Shown in pieces: positions 62,268 to 64,000 of a stretch of DNA of 64,000 nucleotides. The position numbers and the translations under genes were made by a program. The notes under the pieces are model-generated. The model made no database searches, had not been told where the DNA came from, and saw only the letters and a program-made list of their open reading frames with translations. Positions within the stretch are counted from its first letter, which is position 1, and every line of letters starts with the position of its first letter. Origin of the DNA: Sphyrna mokarran. Lineage: Eukaryota. The stretch lies in assembly GCA_024679065.1 (NCBI GenBank), contig JAGIQG010000022.1, forward strand, positions 30,070,001 to 30,134,000. Reading direction: 5' to 3'.

Positions 62268-62291
62268 TAATCCATTTGGCCTTCCAAAGAA

Positions 62292-62349
62292 CTGGCAGCG
62301 CAGGTCTCTTGCTGGCTTGCCAGCTAGGAGGCAAGTTCTTCGCTGCCAG
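62292..62349. mobile_element. 58-bp hairpin element with TIRs and an 8-bp TSD-like flank
   Basis: TIR ctggcagcg / cgctgccag, flanks ccaaagaa (62284-91) and ccaaagat (62350-57). Confidence 0.5.
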
Positions 62350-62357
62350 CCAAAGAT

Positions 62358-62680
62358 TTCATTTATGGGATGTGGGCATCACTGACTAGGTTTGCATATA
62401 TTGCCAATCCTGAGTTGCCCTTGAGAAGTTTTTGACAAGTCTTTTTGAACTGCTGCTGTTCCTTAGTTAGATATAGCATGTACACCCATAAGGCTGTGAA
62501 GGAGTAAGTTCCAGGAATTTGATCCGGCGACTATGAAGGAATGGCGATAATATTTCCAAATCAGGACACTGAGTGACTTGGAGGGGACACTGTAAGTGGT
62601 GGTGTTCCCAGGTATCTGCTGCCCTTGTCCTTCTAGAGTCTAACAGTCATGAGTTTGGAAGGTGCTGTCTTGTGGAATTT
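62358..62680 (-). mobile_element. CR1/L2-group LINE 3' end
   Basis: atgggatgtgggcatc...gttgcccttgagaag...ttgaactgctgc...gttccaggaatttgatcc...gctgcccttgtccttctag. Confidence 0.75.
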
Positions 62681-62763
62681 TGCTGGCTGCTTTGTGATCT
62701 GGTGTGGAACAGGGGTCTGAGCACATTCTTAGTGATTGTGATTGTGTTACAATTTGTTTGGAT

Positions 62764-62947
62764 GATGTGGTTGTCATGGTTGAATAGCAGATAGTGTAGC
62801 GGATTCTGAGCTATGGATGAGAGTTTTGCAACAGTGCTAAGCATCTAAGGATGGGGATGTGGTTGTCATGGTTGAATAGCAGACAGTGTAGCAGATTCTG
62901 AGATATGGATGAGAGTTTTGCAACAGTTCTAAGCATCTAAGGATGGG
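62764..62947 (+). repeat. Tandem duplication, 2 x 92 bp
   Basis: gatgtggttgtcatggttgaatagcaga...gcatctaaggatggg starts at 62764 and again at 62856; 4 mismatches. Confidence 0.95.
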
Positions 62948-64000
62948 GAGAAAGGATGAGTGTTATTTGTATGTGCTGATATATGAAGGTTGTTGGTACA
63001 TGGGTGAAGGGAATGTGCTGAATTGCCCAACATGACACACCAGTAGTGCAGTTGTAAGAATTTTGGGATTCACTGACTTTAAACACTCAAGTGCTAATAT
63101 TGAACTTTTCTGGGCCTGATTCCTGGCCCTCTGTATTGCACTGTCAGATCATCTAAAGGCACGTTCTGTAGCATTATAATTCACCCTTCTTCTTGCTTCC
63201 ACAAAGAGTGCAGCAACTTCTCCAGCTAGAATGCACCTCCCCTTTAAGAGGTGTGGGTTGGCCTTAAGTTGTGCAGGCTGGCTTTCAATGGTGCAAGTCC
63301 CGTTGAGGTGCGCAGCCACTCAACATTACACTTAGCCCTGGCTGCTCATAGCAATCCTGCAAATTAGCAGCGAGCACAAAGTTGGCACGGTGCCTACATC
63401 AGAAGCAACAGGTGCAAGTTAACACTGCAGCGCAATCCAAGCCCCCATTTTCAGGGGCTATCATGTTTAACTCCATCGTATTTAGTAGGTGTTGGCTAGT
63501 TGCCTTCGAGCGCCACTGTGGCAAGATGAACAGGTTTTCAAAATAATCGTCTTTGACAATACTGGCAAAAAGTCAAAAGGTGTTTCAACTGGAAGCATTG
63601 GCAAGACTTCAAGGCCGAGAGCTAAACAAACATGGGAGTAAAGCACTCCGCTGTTTACAAAATCACTGCAGTGTAATACTTTTCAGTCACTTACGAGTGT
63701 GTGACCATATCCTGAGGACATTTAAATTCAACCCCCTGGGCCTGACTTTGATGAGGTAAGCTTGTTTTATGCTCCAATTTAAATTGAGAGTCTTTTTAAA
63801 AACGGTCTTCCAAAAGCAGCCTCCTCCATTGCAGTAAAGGTCATTAAGCAATTAACCTGCCTTTAGCACTGGGTGGCAGCTGGAGAATTGACGCCTGCCA
63901 TTGGGAGTCATGCCATGTGCTGCAGCTAATTGTCAAACTCACTCAACCAACTTAGTAATTAATATGTTTTAGCCAGAGGGACATATTTGCTATTCCCTTA

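Noticed and set aside
63687-63755. Possible 69-nt exon (tttcag| ... GAG|gtaagc)
   Set aside because: Good donor but short pyrimidine tract and no recognisable peptide; not supportable without RNA data.

Overview
This is eukaryotic, non-coding, repeat-rich vertebrate DNA, not a microbial locus. The repeat set points to a cartilaginous fish (shark; inference): about 17 HE1-type tRNA-derived V-SINE copies, CR1/HER1 LINE ends that share the SINE tail, Deu-domain SINEs, RTE and Rex1/Babar LINE relics, two Penelope-like families, a decayed Ty3/Gypsy element and small MITEs. The window reads like the long 5' intron(s) of a + strand host gene that I cannot name. It starts CpG-enriched, holds several repeat-free blocks that look like conserved non-coding elements, and has two short candidate exons (23407-23467 and 58194-58242). 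I see no intact protein-coding gene, and nearly all supplied ORFs are chance ORFs or transposon remnants. The strongest functional signal is a structurally intact minimal type-I hammerhead ribozyme (17055-17093) just downstream of a dead Penelope GIY-YIG endonuclease ORF. Decayed hammerhead relics occur in other Penelope ends, including a 196-bp palindrome. Penelope hammerheads are a known class, so I do not claim a wholly new system. Other oddities are an inverted LTR piece inside gag, a tandem array built from a LINE 3' UTR, a tail-swapped SINE, a template-switch palindrome and a 49-bp dispersed direct repeat. Repeat boundaries were read by eye and are approximate (tens of bp) unless stated as exact.
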